Positions 53,319 through 64,000 of a stretch of DNA of 64,000 bases are shown in pieces (within the stretch, counting starts at the first letter, position 1; every line of letters starts with the position of its first letter). The position numbers were made by a program, and so were the translations under genes. Location of the stretch: NCBI GenBank assembly GCA_020137815.1, contig CM035351.1:2170001-2234000 (forward strand), read 5' to 3'. The stretch is from Hormiphora californensis. Lineage: Eukaryota > Animalia > Ctenophora. The notes under the pieces were generated by a model. That model saw only the letters and a program-made list of their open reading frames with translations, did no database searches and was not told where the DNA came from.

Positions 53319-54931
53319 ATGATGCTCGTACCACGCTACCTTGATCCTCAGCAGGTAATGAACTGTTGCTTGTGAAGTGTTTTGAACCGCGGTATATATA
53401 CTTATTTTGTGGCTATATCTGCAGCTAACACGTTAGCCCACATCTTAAGCGAACAATTTTTTTCAGGTACAATATGTCCGAAAGTTTCGCAAAGTTGGCG
53501 GACGAGCGGAAATTAAATCTCTCAAAATTGGCGATGTAAATATTCTTGATCTTGTTTAGTACATGCGAATATACAAAGGAAAATTCAGGGCAATCAACTC
53601 GCTCTCTCAATGTGTTCTACAATTTGTTAAACTAGTTATATTTTCACATCTTCCAGAGCATTGCGATTGGGAAACCACTCGATGAAACAGAGCGGAGGTT
53701 TTACGAGAGCACAGTACACACCTTACCACGACCCCTTGCTGACTTCCTTTCCCGCTACTGGGGTGTTATATCTCTACCGGAGGAACACAATTCCTTTCTC
53801 GTGTTGGAAGACGTGACGTCACAATTTTCTCGGCCGAGCATTCTCGATTTGAAGATTGGTAGCTCAAGAGAGTACAGCGAAGATATGGACAAAGGTCGTG
53901 TGGCGGAGAAGATACAGAAGTCGCTACAAAGGACGACCCATAAAATGGGTATCAGAGTGGCCGGCATTAAGGTAAGATTACTTGGGCTTGGAACGGAATA
54001 TATCAAATGGTCGGTAAATCGAACTCGTACGTTATGAGTTATCAGAACGTTATTTTAGTTCCATAGTGTTCTTTTTTTTAGTTCTTTATTTTAGTTCTTC
54101 AGCTCCCTAGGATAATTTGGTAGTTTAGTATCAATTACATTGCTCTGAAAGTGAGAGTTTAATAACACTTTCAGAGTTACAACTGCATGGAGAGTATCGG
54201 GACCTTTAGCCTCACGAAGAAGGAGGGTGGATTGTTGACTGAAGTTACTATTCGCGACACCATGAGGTAGCACATATAATTCAGATCAAGTATACCAGAG
54301 CAATAATATATCTGTATTTTAATCCTATGTGTAATTAAATATGATTGCTTTCCCTCCAGGAAGTATTTTTCGGATGGTCTTGAGTGCAAGTATGAAGCAA
54401 TTCGGCAACTGCTTAACAAAACGCACTGTCTCCTCAAGGTAATGAAGTTGTTCTGAGTCCTGATAACAAAGCAATGTTCAATATTCATTGATCAAACAAG
54501 CAGGAAGTGAATTGAGATATTCCAATATCACTTCCCATCCAATTCAGGTAGCAGACACGATTTGTCTTCGAATGTACGGGTGCTCCCTTCTGATTGTCTA
54601 CGAATCAGACCCTTTACTCCCAGCCAAGGTCAGATTTAATTCAAACAGTCGCTGTGCTGGTAAGCGCAAAGGTTGCCATTTTATTTAACACTTCTACTTT
54701 CAATTTTATCTTATAATGCAGAACAATGTAACTATACTACCTCATTGAAAGCTATCCAATTAAATTTCCTCTCAGGCTGATGTCCGCATCATTGACTTTG
54801 CAAAAGTGCAGGAAGAGGACAAATATGGTAAAATGTATGCTGATCCTGATGCAGGTTTTCTACTTGGCCTCCGATCTCTCATAACCATCCTCGAAAGCCT
54901 CCTTGCAGAGAAGTCAGAAGAGTGGAGATGA
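53319..54931 (+). CDS. Inositol polyphosphate kinase (IPMK/IP6K/IP3K superfamily), ~6 exons
   Basis: ERRFYE, LVLEDVT, PSILDLKIG (PxxxDxKxG), YGCSLLIVYE, VRIIDFAKV and GFLLGLRSL motifs in GT-AG exons; first exon uncertain. Confidence 0.85.
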
Positions 54932-55449
54932 ACAGAATCAACAGATCTCTGTTCAACAGATTCGATACTGAAGTTTTAGTTTTTAAGTGCTATTAGTTGA
55001 GATATGTTTTATTTAACTTGAGACAGAATCATCGGGTAGTTGGATATTAGCCGCATGAATATTGATTAAGAGACAATGAAACATGAAACCAAGAGAAAGA
55101 CGGTATTCTTGTTTGCAGTGTTTGCAGCTAAAAAAGTTAACTAACCATTGTCTGTTATTAAAATTGATTTATAAATTTTATTGCCCTTCAAAAATATTTG
55201 CGTAAATATTGTGATTCCATATACCCAGCCTTGGGCAATATTATACAACCATTTGACCTGTTATGGTTTGTTTCAGTGTCGCGACATAGTGACATATGTC
55301 TGATATAGGGAAACGTTAAAATCGGGTTGTTTTGAGTGTCAGGCCCGAGTGTCACGCGACTAGTGTTATAGGGGTGACTGCGTCACCAACTGTTAACAGG
55401 CTTTTAAACACTCAGATCGTAACGGCGCCCCGACATGTAGAGCTGAGCT

Positions 55450-55918
55450 GGGCGTGATTATAATCTGGGTACGTTACAGCCTGTTTACAGGTGCCTGCTA
55501 GCAAAAAGAGTAAGGTAGCGACTGGCTATTTGACATGGCGGCTAATTTGAAACACCCCCTCTACAGGCCAGCAGGTGCACCAAATTTGTATTTTTAGACA
55601 TCAGTGGGCTAGTCAGAACTCATGCCAAGTAAAGCCCACTGATGTCTAAAAAATCCAAATCTGGTGCACCTGCTCGCCTGTAGAGGGGGTGTTTCAAATA
55701 GCCAGTCGCTACCCTACACATTTATTTTCTAGAACGACTTCAAACGACTTCAAGCGGCTATAGCCACGCAACCACATGGCCAATTTTAGTAAACTAGACG
55801 GTATCTGATAGATACTCGATAGCACTATCCGATAACCTCAAACAAAACCGTAACGGGCCGCCCTAACCCGTTTCGACCGCTAAATCTAATTGTTACCATC
55901 CAGATGTAAACTTTGCCC
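55450..55918. mobile_element. Diverged family-A MULE-like MITE with 9-bp TSD AGCTGAGCT
   Basis: Starts GGGCGTGATTATAATCTGGG and shares internal sequence with 58632-58904. TSD at 55441-55449 and 55919-55927. Confidence 0.75.
55513..55714. mobile_element. Hairpin MITE with TA TSD (Tc1/mariner-like) nested in the MULE-like MITE
   Basis: TA|AGGTAGCGACTGGCTATTTG...CAAATAGCCAGTCGCTACCC|TA with long internal inverted arms. Confidence 0.75.
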
Positions 55919-55928
55919 AGCTGAGCTG

Positions 55929-58387
55929 ATTATTATTATTATTAAATCTGTTTACAATAATTTGACACTGTCAATATTGCCCTCCTATTTGCGAGGAAAA
56001 TGGAACTCTCTAGGTCTCTTTCACACTTTCTCAGCTGTCAGATCATACAAAAAAAAAAATAAAATGTCGATTAAAATACTGATTAGATAATGATTAAAAT
56101 ATATTGTAAATTGATTAAATAAGTTAGTTAAAAATTCACTCCGTGGAGTGCGATTCGTACACAGTGTGTACGTCTCGGGCTGGTCAGTTATACATTTACA
56201 ATTGATTAGAATATAAACCCATTACACAAGCAGTTGATCCCCAAATAAAGATTGTTCTATTACAGCTCTTACTAGCTTTCTAAAGTTCGATTTTACCTGC
56301 TTGTCTTTGGAGAAAATTAGTGGAAGATGGAAGTTCATTTCATAAGAAGATATCACCCTTAGTTCCTCACGGGGCCCTTCCACATCTTTTATCGCAGAAC
56401 ATTCAAACAACTTGTGGAATGTTGAATCTGGGAGTTGGCCACATTCAAGACAGTTGGGAACTGTAAGTGATCGCTCGTATCTCAGGTAACTGAAGCTGAA
56501 GTCTTGAAAACGTAAGGATCTGCCATGTACAAAGTCTAAGACCTGAGATGAGTTCTGTCGGGACATGTTTCTTGGAATTATGGGGAAATCCAAAGTGGCC
56601 TCTGAGTTTATAAGGTTGGCGAGTTCTTCTTGAGAGTGAATAGGAAGTATGCTGAAAGGGTCATCTCGAGTCAAATGGTTAATCGATGATTTGAGTGACC
56701 GGTCCCATAAACTACATGTGTACTGTCTCATTTCCTCTTTTGAGTACAGGAAAGTGTCCGGCTCTAAACTTCCCAAGTTAATAGTTCTGATTGAATCTCT
56801 GTTAGAATCCTGGATCTGGACACCGTCTAGTTGAGTCGACTTCCAAACCAAATATCTTTTGGTAGCAGCAATCTGCCAGAAGAACACATGATTTTGTTCC
56901 GCTTCAATTTGTAGTAGTTTAGCTGATATATTATCTTTAGCTGCAAGGCCTTTTAGGACAAATTTGGTTACCACTGTTTCCACAAGAACGTCAATAGGAG
57001 GCACGCATGCTAGGAGTTCTGACAGAGGTTTGGCTATGTGAACTTGTCCCCCTGTTATCTTCAGCCGTGCTCGGGAAAGAAGATCTCCGAAGAAGTCCGT
57101 TCGCTGTCTTAACCAAACTGGTGCTGCATAAAGGATCTTTGTCAAGATTACTGTTCTGAATAGTAGCGAAAGCCCCGAACTGTTAATCCCTGTCAGTCGA
57201 CCAGTCATTGAGGTTAATGTGTTCCAGTTAAACCAGCATCTTTTCAGTACATCAGCAGCATGAGTCATGAAATTTAGGTTACTATCAATGTAAACCCCAA
57301 GGACTTTACTATTCTTGGCAAAAGAGACGACTTTATTTCCAATCTTCAGTTGCTGAGGTGATGCACTATCATCTGATGAACCCCTTGGTCTGATGATGAC
57401 AATCTCTGTTTTATTTCTATCACAGTTCACCGCTAGTCTCCACTTCCGACACCAGTTGTGAATGTAGTCCAAAACTATTGCCATAGTTCTCTCGCATTGA
57501 GTCTGGTCTCCAAAAACCAACACAGATCCGTCGTCGGCGAACTTGAATGCTTCAGTCCTACATCTCACCTCCTCCGGCAGATTTTTGGTGCAGAGTAAGT
57601 CAGAGATGTAGAGAATGAATAGGATTGGAGAGAGGACTGCCCCCTGGGGAAGGCCTACTCTTCCACACCTACGGAGTGGGCCAAGAACTCCATTGATCTT
57701 CAAACGAACACTTCTTTGTGAAAGCATGTTGTCGATAAGGTTCAACAGCATTCCATTGATTCCAAGTTTATGGAGCTTCACAATCAAACATTCATGGGGA
57801 ACTGAGTCAAAAGCTTTTTGGAAATCTATACACAACAGAAAGGCTGTCAGCTTTCTTCTGCGTGTTTCATGAACGGTCGATAGCAGCTTGAAGAGATAGC
57901 GAGTGGTGTTTCGTGCCGGTAGGAAGCCCTCTTGTTCCTCATCTGGTATTGATTCCATGGCGCAAAGATCTTTAATTCTTTTGTCCATAACCCTTTCAAG
58001 CATCTTTCCGATGTACGATGATATTGTGATGGGTCGGAAGGAACCTGGTTTTACATAGGACGACTTTCCAGGTTTCTGGATGAATGTAACGTAGGAAGAG
58101 TTCCACAGCCATCGACCCAGCTTTAGGCATCTCGAAAACATATCGGCTAAGTACTGCACAGTTCTGTGGCGAAGGTGTTTCAGCATGGTTGGGTGGATAC
58201 CATCTCCGTCCCAGGCTTTACCACTCGCTTTCATAGAGCTGATGGCTGCTGATACTTCGTCGGCGGCTACTGGGCGATTGAGTTGATCCTCCGGGTCGTG
58301 ATGATCGTCATCCTCTATCTCGTTCTTCAAACGAGCATAATCCTCAGTTATTCCGTCGAGGTGAACATCGTCAAAATCCTCACCTGA
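55929..58387 (-). mobile_element. 5'-truncated non-LTR retrotransposon: reverse transcriptase + C-terminal CCHC knuckle, (TAA)n tail
   Basis: ORF has FRPITISS, EQEGF, IDFQKAFDSV, PQGAVLSPILF, FADD and CLECG..FHKLFEC. (ATT)n on + at 55929; ~10-bp TSD AGCTGAG(C/T)TG at 55919-55928 and 58388-58397. Confidence 0.9.
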
Positions 58388-58631
58388 AGCTGAGTTGGGC
58401 CGGGCAGCACTTTTTAGGGCGCCGTTTCGATCTGGGTGTTTGGAGGCCTGTTTACAGGTGCACACTGCCAAAAAAGTACCCTGCACTAAAACGGCTCTAA
58501 CCGCCAAACCACTCAACCGTTTTGGCTAATTCAAAGTTCATTTGCTAGGAAATGTCAAGGCCTAACCCCAACCCAAACCCTAACCCTAACCCCACTTTAG
58601 CCCTAGCCCTAAAAAACCGTTTGTCAGAAAT

Positions 58632-58904
58632 GGGCGCGATTATAATCTGGGTGCCTTGCAGCCTGTTTACAGGTGCGCGCTACCAAAAGAGTATACTTAG
58701 AGCGACTTTTTTCAAACGGCTATAGCCATGGAACCATATGGCCGATTTGAGTAAACTAAACGGTATCAGTTAGAGAATCGATAGCCCTAACCGATAACCC
58801 CAAACCAAACCCTAACCAGACCCTAACTGATAGCTCTAACCCGTCGCGCGTGCCAAAACTACGAATTGTTAGCAATGAAAGGCACCCAGATTTTAACGTT
58901 TTCC
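58632..58904. mobile_element. Family-A MULE-like MITE (inverted copy of 2151-2423), 9-bp TSD GTCAGAAAT
   Basis: High identity to the reverse complement of 2151-2423; the right TSD copy is split by the 58909-59728 element. Confidence 0.85.
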
Positions 58905-58908
58905 GTCA

Positions 58909-59728
58909 TAGTTAGGAACACTATTGGTGCGCGGTCGTGCCCACGGAAGGAGTGCTTGGATCATCTTGAAACCGGTTTTAAGTTAACTAATGCATATCCA
59001 AAAGTGTCTGTAGCTATTTGGGTGATGTTCTGACAATCCAATCACGAGTTATGACGAAAAAACAGTCAAAAAAGACGTTTTAAAGTGACAAAAAGGAGGA
59101 TCTGAACACAGCCCTTATATGAAGGGTTGGGGCTATGAAACTTCTTGAGTGGACAGAGAATCGTCCAAATTTGCAGTGCCAACTTTGGAATAGTTTCTAT
59201 CTTTTGTAGTTATCTAATTAGAGCCGTTCAAACATGTGAGACGATCTGCAAAAAGGGTGATTTGGTACTGTTTCCGTCCCATATTGCTTGCTCTCACCGC
59301 TTGTATGCTTTAATCTGCTCTCTAATTGGGTAAATCTCGTCAAGTGATCACTTCACAAGCAAAAATACCTAGTATTAGAGGCCCCTGCAGCATCGTCTCA
59401 CATGTTTAAACAGCTCTAATTAGATAACTACAAAAGATAGAAACTATTCCAAAGTTGGCACTGCAAATTTGGACGATTCTCTGTCCACTCAAGAAGTTTC
59501 ATAGCCCCAACCCTTCATATAAGGGCTGTGTTCAGATCCTCCTTTTTGTCACTTTAAAACGTCTTTTTTGACTGTTTTTTCGTCATAACTCGTGATTGGA
59601 TTGTCAGAACATCACCCAAATAGCTACAGACACTTTTGGATATGCATTAGTTAACTTAAAACCGGTTTCAAGATGATCCAAGCACTCCTTCCGTGGGCAC
59701 GACCGCGCACCAATAGTGTTCCTAACTA
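58909..59728. mobile_element. Foldback MITE with ~330-bp TIRs and 3-bp TSD TCA (possibly PIF/Harbinger-like)
   Basis: TCA|TAGTTAGGAACACTATTGG...CCAATAGTGTTCCTAACTA|TCA. Confidence 0.82.
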
Positions 59729-60333
59729 TCAGAAATCACCAAACACCCAGATTTTAACGCTGGCCCACTTTTTGGATTCACGAAGATTCGTGAATCTAAA
59801 AAAGTGCTGCGCGTTATGTAACGCGCAATTCACAAAACAGCGCCGCGCCGAGCGACTCAGTTCCACCAAAAACAAATGAAACAAAGTTTTGAAAAACTTT
59901 GAAGATCTTGAAAGTTGAAATTTCAAAAAGCGATGCCTCATCCTGTACTGTAGACCCATTTGGCATGTACTGCAGACCCCCAGGGAACTACAGCGTGAAT
60001 TTAATGATCCCTCAATCCATACCGGGGCACTGGCCAGCCGTTTTTGAAGCAAGGGCTATTGAGGATGCTGGGTGACAACTGACAACTGACAGGAGACACC
60101 AACAATTAATTTGAGATCTATCTATCATGTACTGTTCAACCCCCATTTGTGTGGTTTACGGTGAATTTTAGAGTGTTCTGGACTCTGGTATGAACACACG
60201 TGCACGCAAAATTGAACCGCTCTCTTATGGGGCTATCTATGCACATGAATTGGATTTAACAGGAGTCTCCATAACTTCTTCTGAAAACTGAGCTCTGTAG
60301 TCTATACTTCGTCGCTTTAGCCTTTGCCCTTTG

Positions 60334-60384
60334 GCCTTTACTCTTTAGCGTGTGACTAGTAGTCACACGCTAAAGAGTAAAGGC
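60334..60384. repeat. Perfect 51-bp palindrome
   Basis: gcctttactctttagcgtgtgacta-g-tagtcacacgctaaagagtaaaggc. Confidence 0.7.
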
Positions 60385-60590
60385 TTCGTTTAGCCGCGCT
60401 TCGCGTGGCTAGTGTAGGGGTGACTGCGTCACCAAACTAATAACTTGTTTAGTTTCTTGACAGAGGATAAACTCTTTTTTTTGGATTGCTTACACCTGTA
60501 GTTTCCTAGAAAAAAGTTTCTTATTTAAAGGTTTCTTGAAATATGCGAGCTTAATTAACGAGAGTAAGGTATTCACTCCTGGCGGATATT

Positions 60591-60808
60591 TTGGTGGGCG
60601 GACTCTAGTGCTAACTGACTCTATACCTAAACCCAAGGAGGACTCTATATCTAACCCTAACCTCTACACTAACCCCTAACCTCGAACCCAAATAACAGCC
60701 CTAACACTTCTAAACGAGTATAGAGGCACAGCAAACTCTCGCTTTCGGCCTAACGGCCGAAATCTCAAGTTCGCTTTTCGTGATTTTAGCACTAGAGTCC
60801 GCTTACCG
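60591..60808. mobile_element. Small MITE-like element with CCCTAA-like interior
   Basis: TIR ggtgggcggactctagtgctaa / ttagcactagagtccgcttacc; TSD not resolved. Confidence 0.5.
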
Positions 60809-61612
60809 ATACTTTACGGGCCGATAAGAAAGGTAACAAACTAGGACCTAACAGTGCTGCTTGTAGTCGTATTACCGTAATGGAAATACAGTAATGAGAC
60901 GCGCACGTTGCACAACGTGAGGCAAAAAGTGCATGTGTTCAGCACGTACTAGCGCCCTGATTGGCCACGGTTGCGCGTCGTCTTACCGTTTTCCCACTAC
61001 AAGCGACCGTGTAAGGAGACGACGCGGCATGCATTTCAGAAATTTCATGTCATATCATGGGCATGTCACCTCCCTAAAGTCCATTTTTATTCAACTGTTC
61101 AGGCCCAAACTCGTGCGCATGCATGCGGTATTTCAATTTCTGACGTTTGTGCTACATGTTAACATGGTTGACATGTGATAGGCGTGCATTAAAACACACA
61201 CACGAAAATGGGGGAGGGGTGAACAGTTGAAAAAAAGACTTTAGGGTATTCAGTTGACAGCGTATGTCAAAGAGGCGACCGGTCCACCGTCCATACCAAA
61301 CCTCAGGCGTCAGATTCACGGTTAGCCTTGCCGTGGATGAGAAAGATGGACTAAATCAGCTAGCGGCCTGGTTTCTTTGTGACGGCATTACCTACCACAC
61401 CAAAGAGAGGCCCTCTCTCACCCAGTACTTTCGTTCGCTTTTGCTTTCGCTCACCAGTCACCTTACAACTCACATCAAATAAACTTACCAAAAACAAGTC
61501 CTAGTTGTTTCTAGCTTCTATTTTTGCGAACTTTCCCGTACTGAGTAAAAGTTTTCATCAATGATGACTCATCATCCTAATAATATTTTCAACCTCTTAG
61601 TTGAGCGGTATA

Positions 61613-62793
61613 ATGTCGCGGGTGTTGGCCCAGGTTCAGGAGCAACTTCGGAATGCGGAGAGCAGTATGAAGTTCATGCAGGCAGAGCACGCCCAGACAC
61701 TCCGGGGCCTCCATGACGAGATTCACAAACTTCAAACCAAATGCAGTGGTCAGTATCTCATGTGCAGTCATTTTCACTAGTTTGGGCAGTAAATAAAAAC
61801 TACTGCCTACAACATATAATATTCCGAATTAGTTTTTGATTTTACATCAGATATCAGGTTCTCAACACCATTTTCCTTTATCAGAGTTAACCTTTGAACT
61901 GCACATGCTGGGGGATAACGAGACGGTAGCGGCGCCACCAACAGCGGCCCCCACGTGCTCCCACACAGGTGGAGATTTTAAAGTTTCACTCTCTTAACAT
62001 GCATCTCATACCATCTGATGTAGTGTTGGAGCGTACGCTTATCATGTGAATCACTCTCTCACAATCCCTCTATTGTTGCTATTTCTCTCTCTTTCTCTCT
62101 CTTTCTCTCTCTCTATCTCTCTCTCTACAATTGTGTCGCCCTTTCTTTTGATCATTCCCACGTACATCGATACTTTATTAACAGATCAGTGGTAATCTAA
62201 CTAATTCCCGCCAGGTGAGATAGAGTCGCTCAAAAAGCGTTACAAGACAAAGTTATCAGATCTCCACAACCAAAACAGCCAGCTAAAAACAGGACTAGCG
62301 GAGAAACAAGCCAGGATAAAGCTTCTTCAGTTCCAGCTAACCTCGACTAAAACCGACCTAACGGACAGCCTTGCTAAAAAGGACGTTTTAATTAAATCCT
62401 TGCGGACAGATTTAGAAGGCAAGAGTGATCAGTTGGCGTTTCTCATGTCCAAAATTCATAGTGCTAAGGTGATTCAGATGAAAGTTGGGCCAGCGGACCA
62501 GGAACTGGGACGTTTTACACCCACCTCCGCCACCCCTGCGACCCCGGTCTCGTCACCACTCAGTGGAACTCAGTACTTCATCGGGTGACCCGATAACATC
62601 AGCCGCAGCAGAGATCCTCAGTGCTGAACAGGAACAAAACAGGATGGTCGTTAGTCAGAGCGTTCCCCTGCCAACCCTACCAGCTATCGGGGACAGCTCT
62701 GCCACCCGGTCTTTCCTGTCAAAGATGAAGTTGAACAGAGCTCGGAGGGAATCAAAGCAGGCACCCGCCATTACGCCTTATAAGGCAACATGA
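61613..62793 (+). CDS. CCDC92/CCDC74-family coiled-coil protein; exons 61613-61748, 61885-61968, 62215-62793 (apparent +1 frameshift near 62520)
   Basis: QLRNAESSMKFMQAEHAQTLRGLHDEIHKLQTKCS|ELTFEL matches the CCDC92/74 N-terminal domain; LEGKSDQLAFLMSKIH matches the CCDC92 second coiled coil. Confidence 0.7.
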
Positions 62794-64000
62794 CACGATT
62801 TTACCCGATCGGAAGTTAGAAATGGACCAATTTGAGAGAGGGAGGGAGAGATAATAAAGAGACAAATGAATGATTGAATGAGAGACTTGCACGAAAGTCG
62901 ACCCCCGTGTGTTAGTAACAATCGTGTACAAGTTTGAAGACAATTTTGCGAGCAACAACACATCTTGAGATTATAAAACTCATTACGACGTTAACTGTTT
63001 TTATTTGGAAGGTAGTAGCTAACTATTATTACTCGTCAGATGTATACATTTAATTGGCAGAAGAAGAGAGAGAGAAAGAATTCCGTTTAGTCCTTTATAA
63101 TAGACCCAGAGAGTGTATCGGGAATGTACTTTTATGTGTATATCTGTGTGCATCTTAGGATGCGTAATAAGTGTTTTAAAAGTTAACAATTTGTTGAGCA
63201 CCAAATCACCGTGTGTTTGATAATTTATTGTCCCCCTAGGAAGTAGGAGGAAGCCTGTATGTCTGTTACATCTGTTACTATTAGTAATACATATTTTACA
63301 GAGGCCTCTCTTGGCCTCCCTCTAGAGGGAGGTACCCATTTCATTACCACACTATGCAGGTTATTTGACAGCTTTACAATACTTCTCTCTCTAAAGCACA
63401 GTCAATATTGCACACTCATGGGGGGGGGGGCAATAATCTGGAAGCTGCTGCAGCAGAAGTAACGTGGTTTGTGTGACGTATTCATAGTTCACTTCAATAG
63501 TAATGATTGACTCCTGGAGAATGATTGATCAACCTCCCTCTCTCTCTCCCTCTATTTCTATCAGAGTGACCAACTGAAGTGGCTGAAGTTCTCACAACAT
63601 TTGAGCATGGTCACACACACTCATACACACGAACATGCTGACTGGACGGAACGCGCACCGCCTATCAAGACATACCATGATGCGCTAAAAGTTTCAGCAC
63701 TACTGGGTTACCATAGTGATGCAGTGTGCGCGTATGATGGGTAGTACCAGACCCCCGGCAGTGACATCATGATGATACAGCTGCATGTCAATAATTGTTA
63801 CACATTGGATATAGACAGAGTTTCAGTGGTTGAAAATGTGAACATTAAAATAATGGAACATGATTAAAATAGCTTCGAGGGAACAGTCTTCAGTATCTCT
63901 CTCAAACCATTGACATGCAACTGGAGGGAAACTCGCTGTCCAGCCATTGCAATAGATTATGCTCCGGTAAACCGGTGCTCTCCTCACACTCCTTCTCAAT

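Larger units (their letters stand above)
58417..59765. mobile_element. MULE-like MITE (family B, related TIR) split by two younger insertions
   Basis: TIRs GGGCGCCGTTTCGATCTGGGTGTTTGG / reverse complement GGCCAGCGTTAAAATCTGGGTGTTTGG; TSD CACTTTTT(A/G); internal CCCTAA-like repeats. Confidence 0.7.

Noticed and set aside
58388-58516. N-terminal ~43 aa of the 764-aa RT ORF
   Set aside because: Read-through from adjacent MITE sequence beyond the LINE's TSD; the LINE is 5'-truncated and lacks the endonuclease.

Overview
Gene-dense, intron-containing animal DNA; a ctenophore-like origin is inferred, not proven. On the + strand: the 3' end of an L2/CR1-type LINE, an intronless importin-13, a 5-exon Rab11, an LRR-like multi-exon gene, an inositol polyphosphate kinase and a CCDC92-like gene. 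The last Rab11 intron is filled by a ~5.2 kb array of a 22-bp branch-point/polypyrimidine unit. On the - strand four genes lie head-to-tail with gaps of only 233-369 bp: EDC4-C-like -> LanCL3 -> MCM6 -> INTS13/Asunder. Each ATG is preceded by a splice acceptor, which suggests an SL-trans-spliced operon. INTS13 introns host two antisense nested genes: a 79-aa secreted peptide and a frameshifted LDLa-repeat GPCR. LanCL3 coding sequence is interrupted by a 4.4 kb palindromic element with a 5-bp TSD whose ends offer in-frame splice sites (candidate transposon-made intron). Several other foldback elements/MITEs with readable TSDs and a nested transposon cluster (55.4-59.9 kb) are present. Exon boundaries were read by eye; several +1 frameshifts may be assembly errors.
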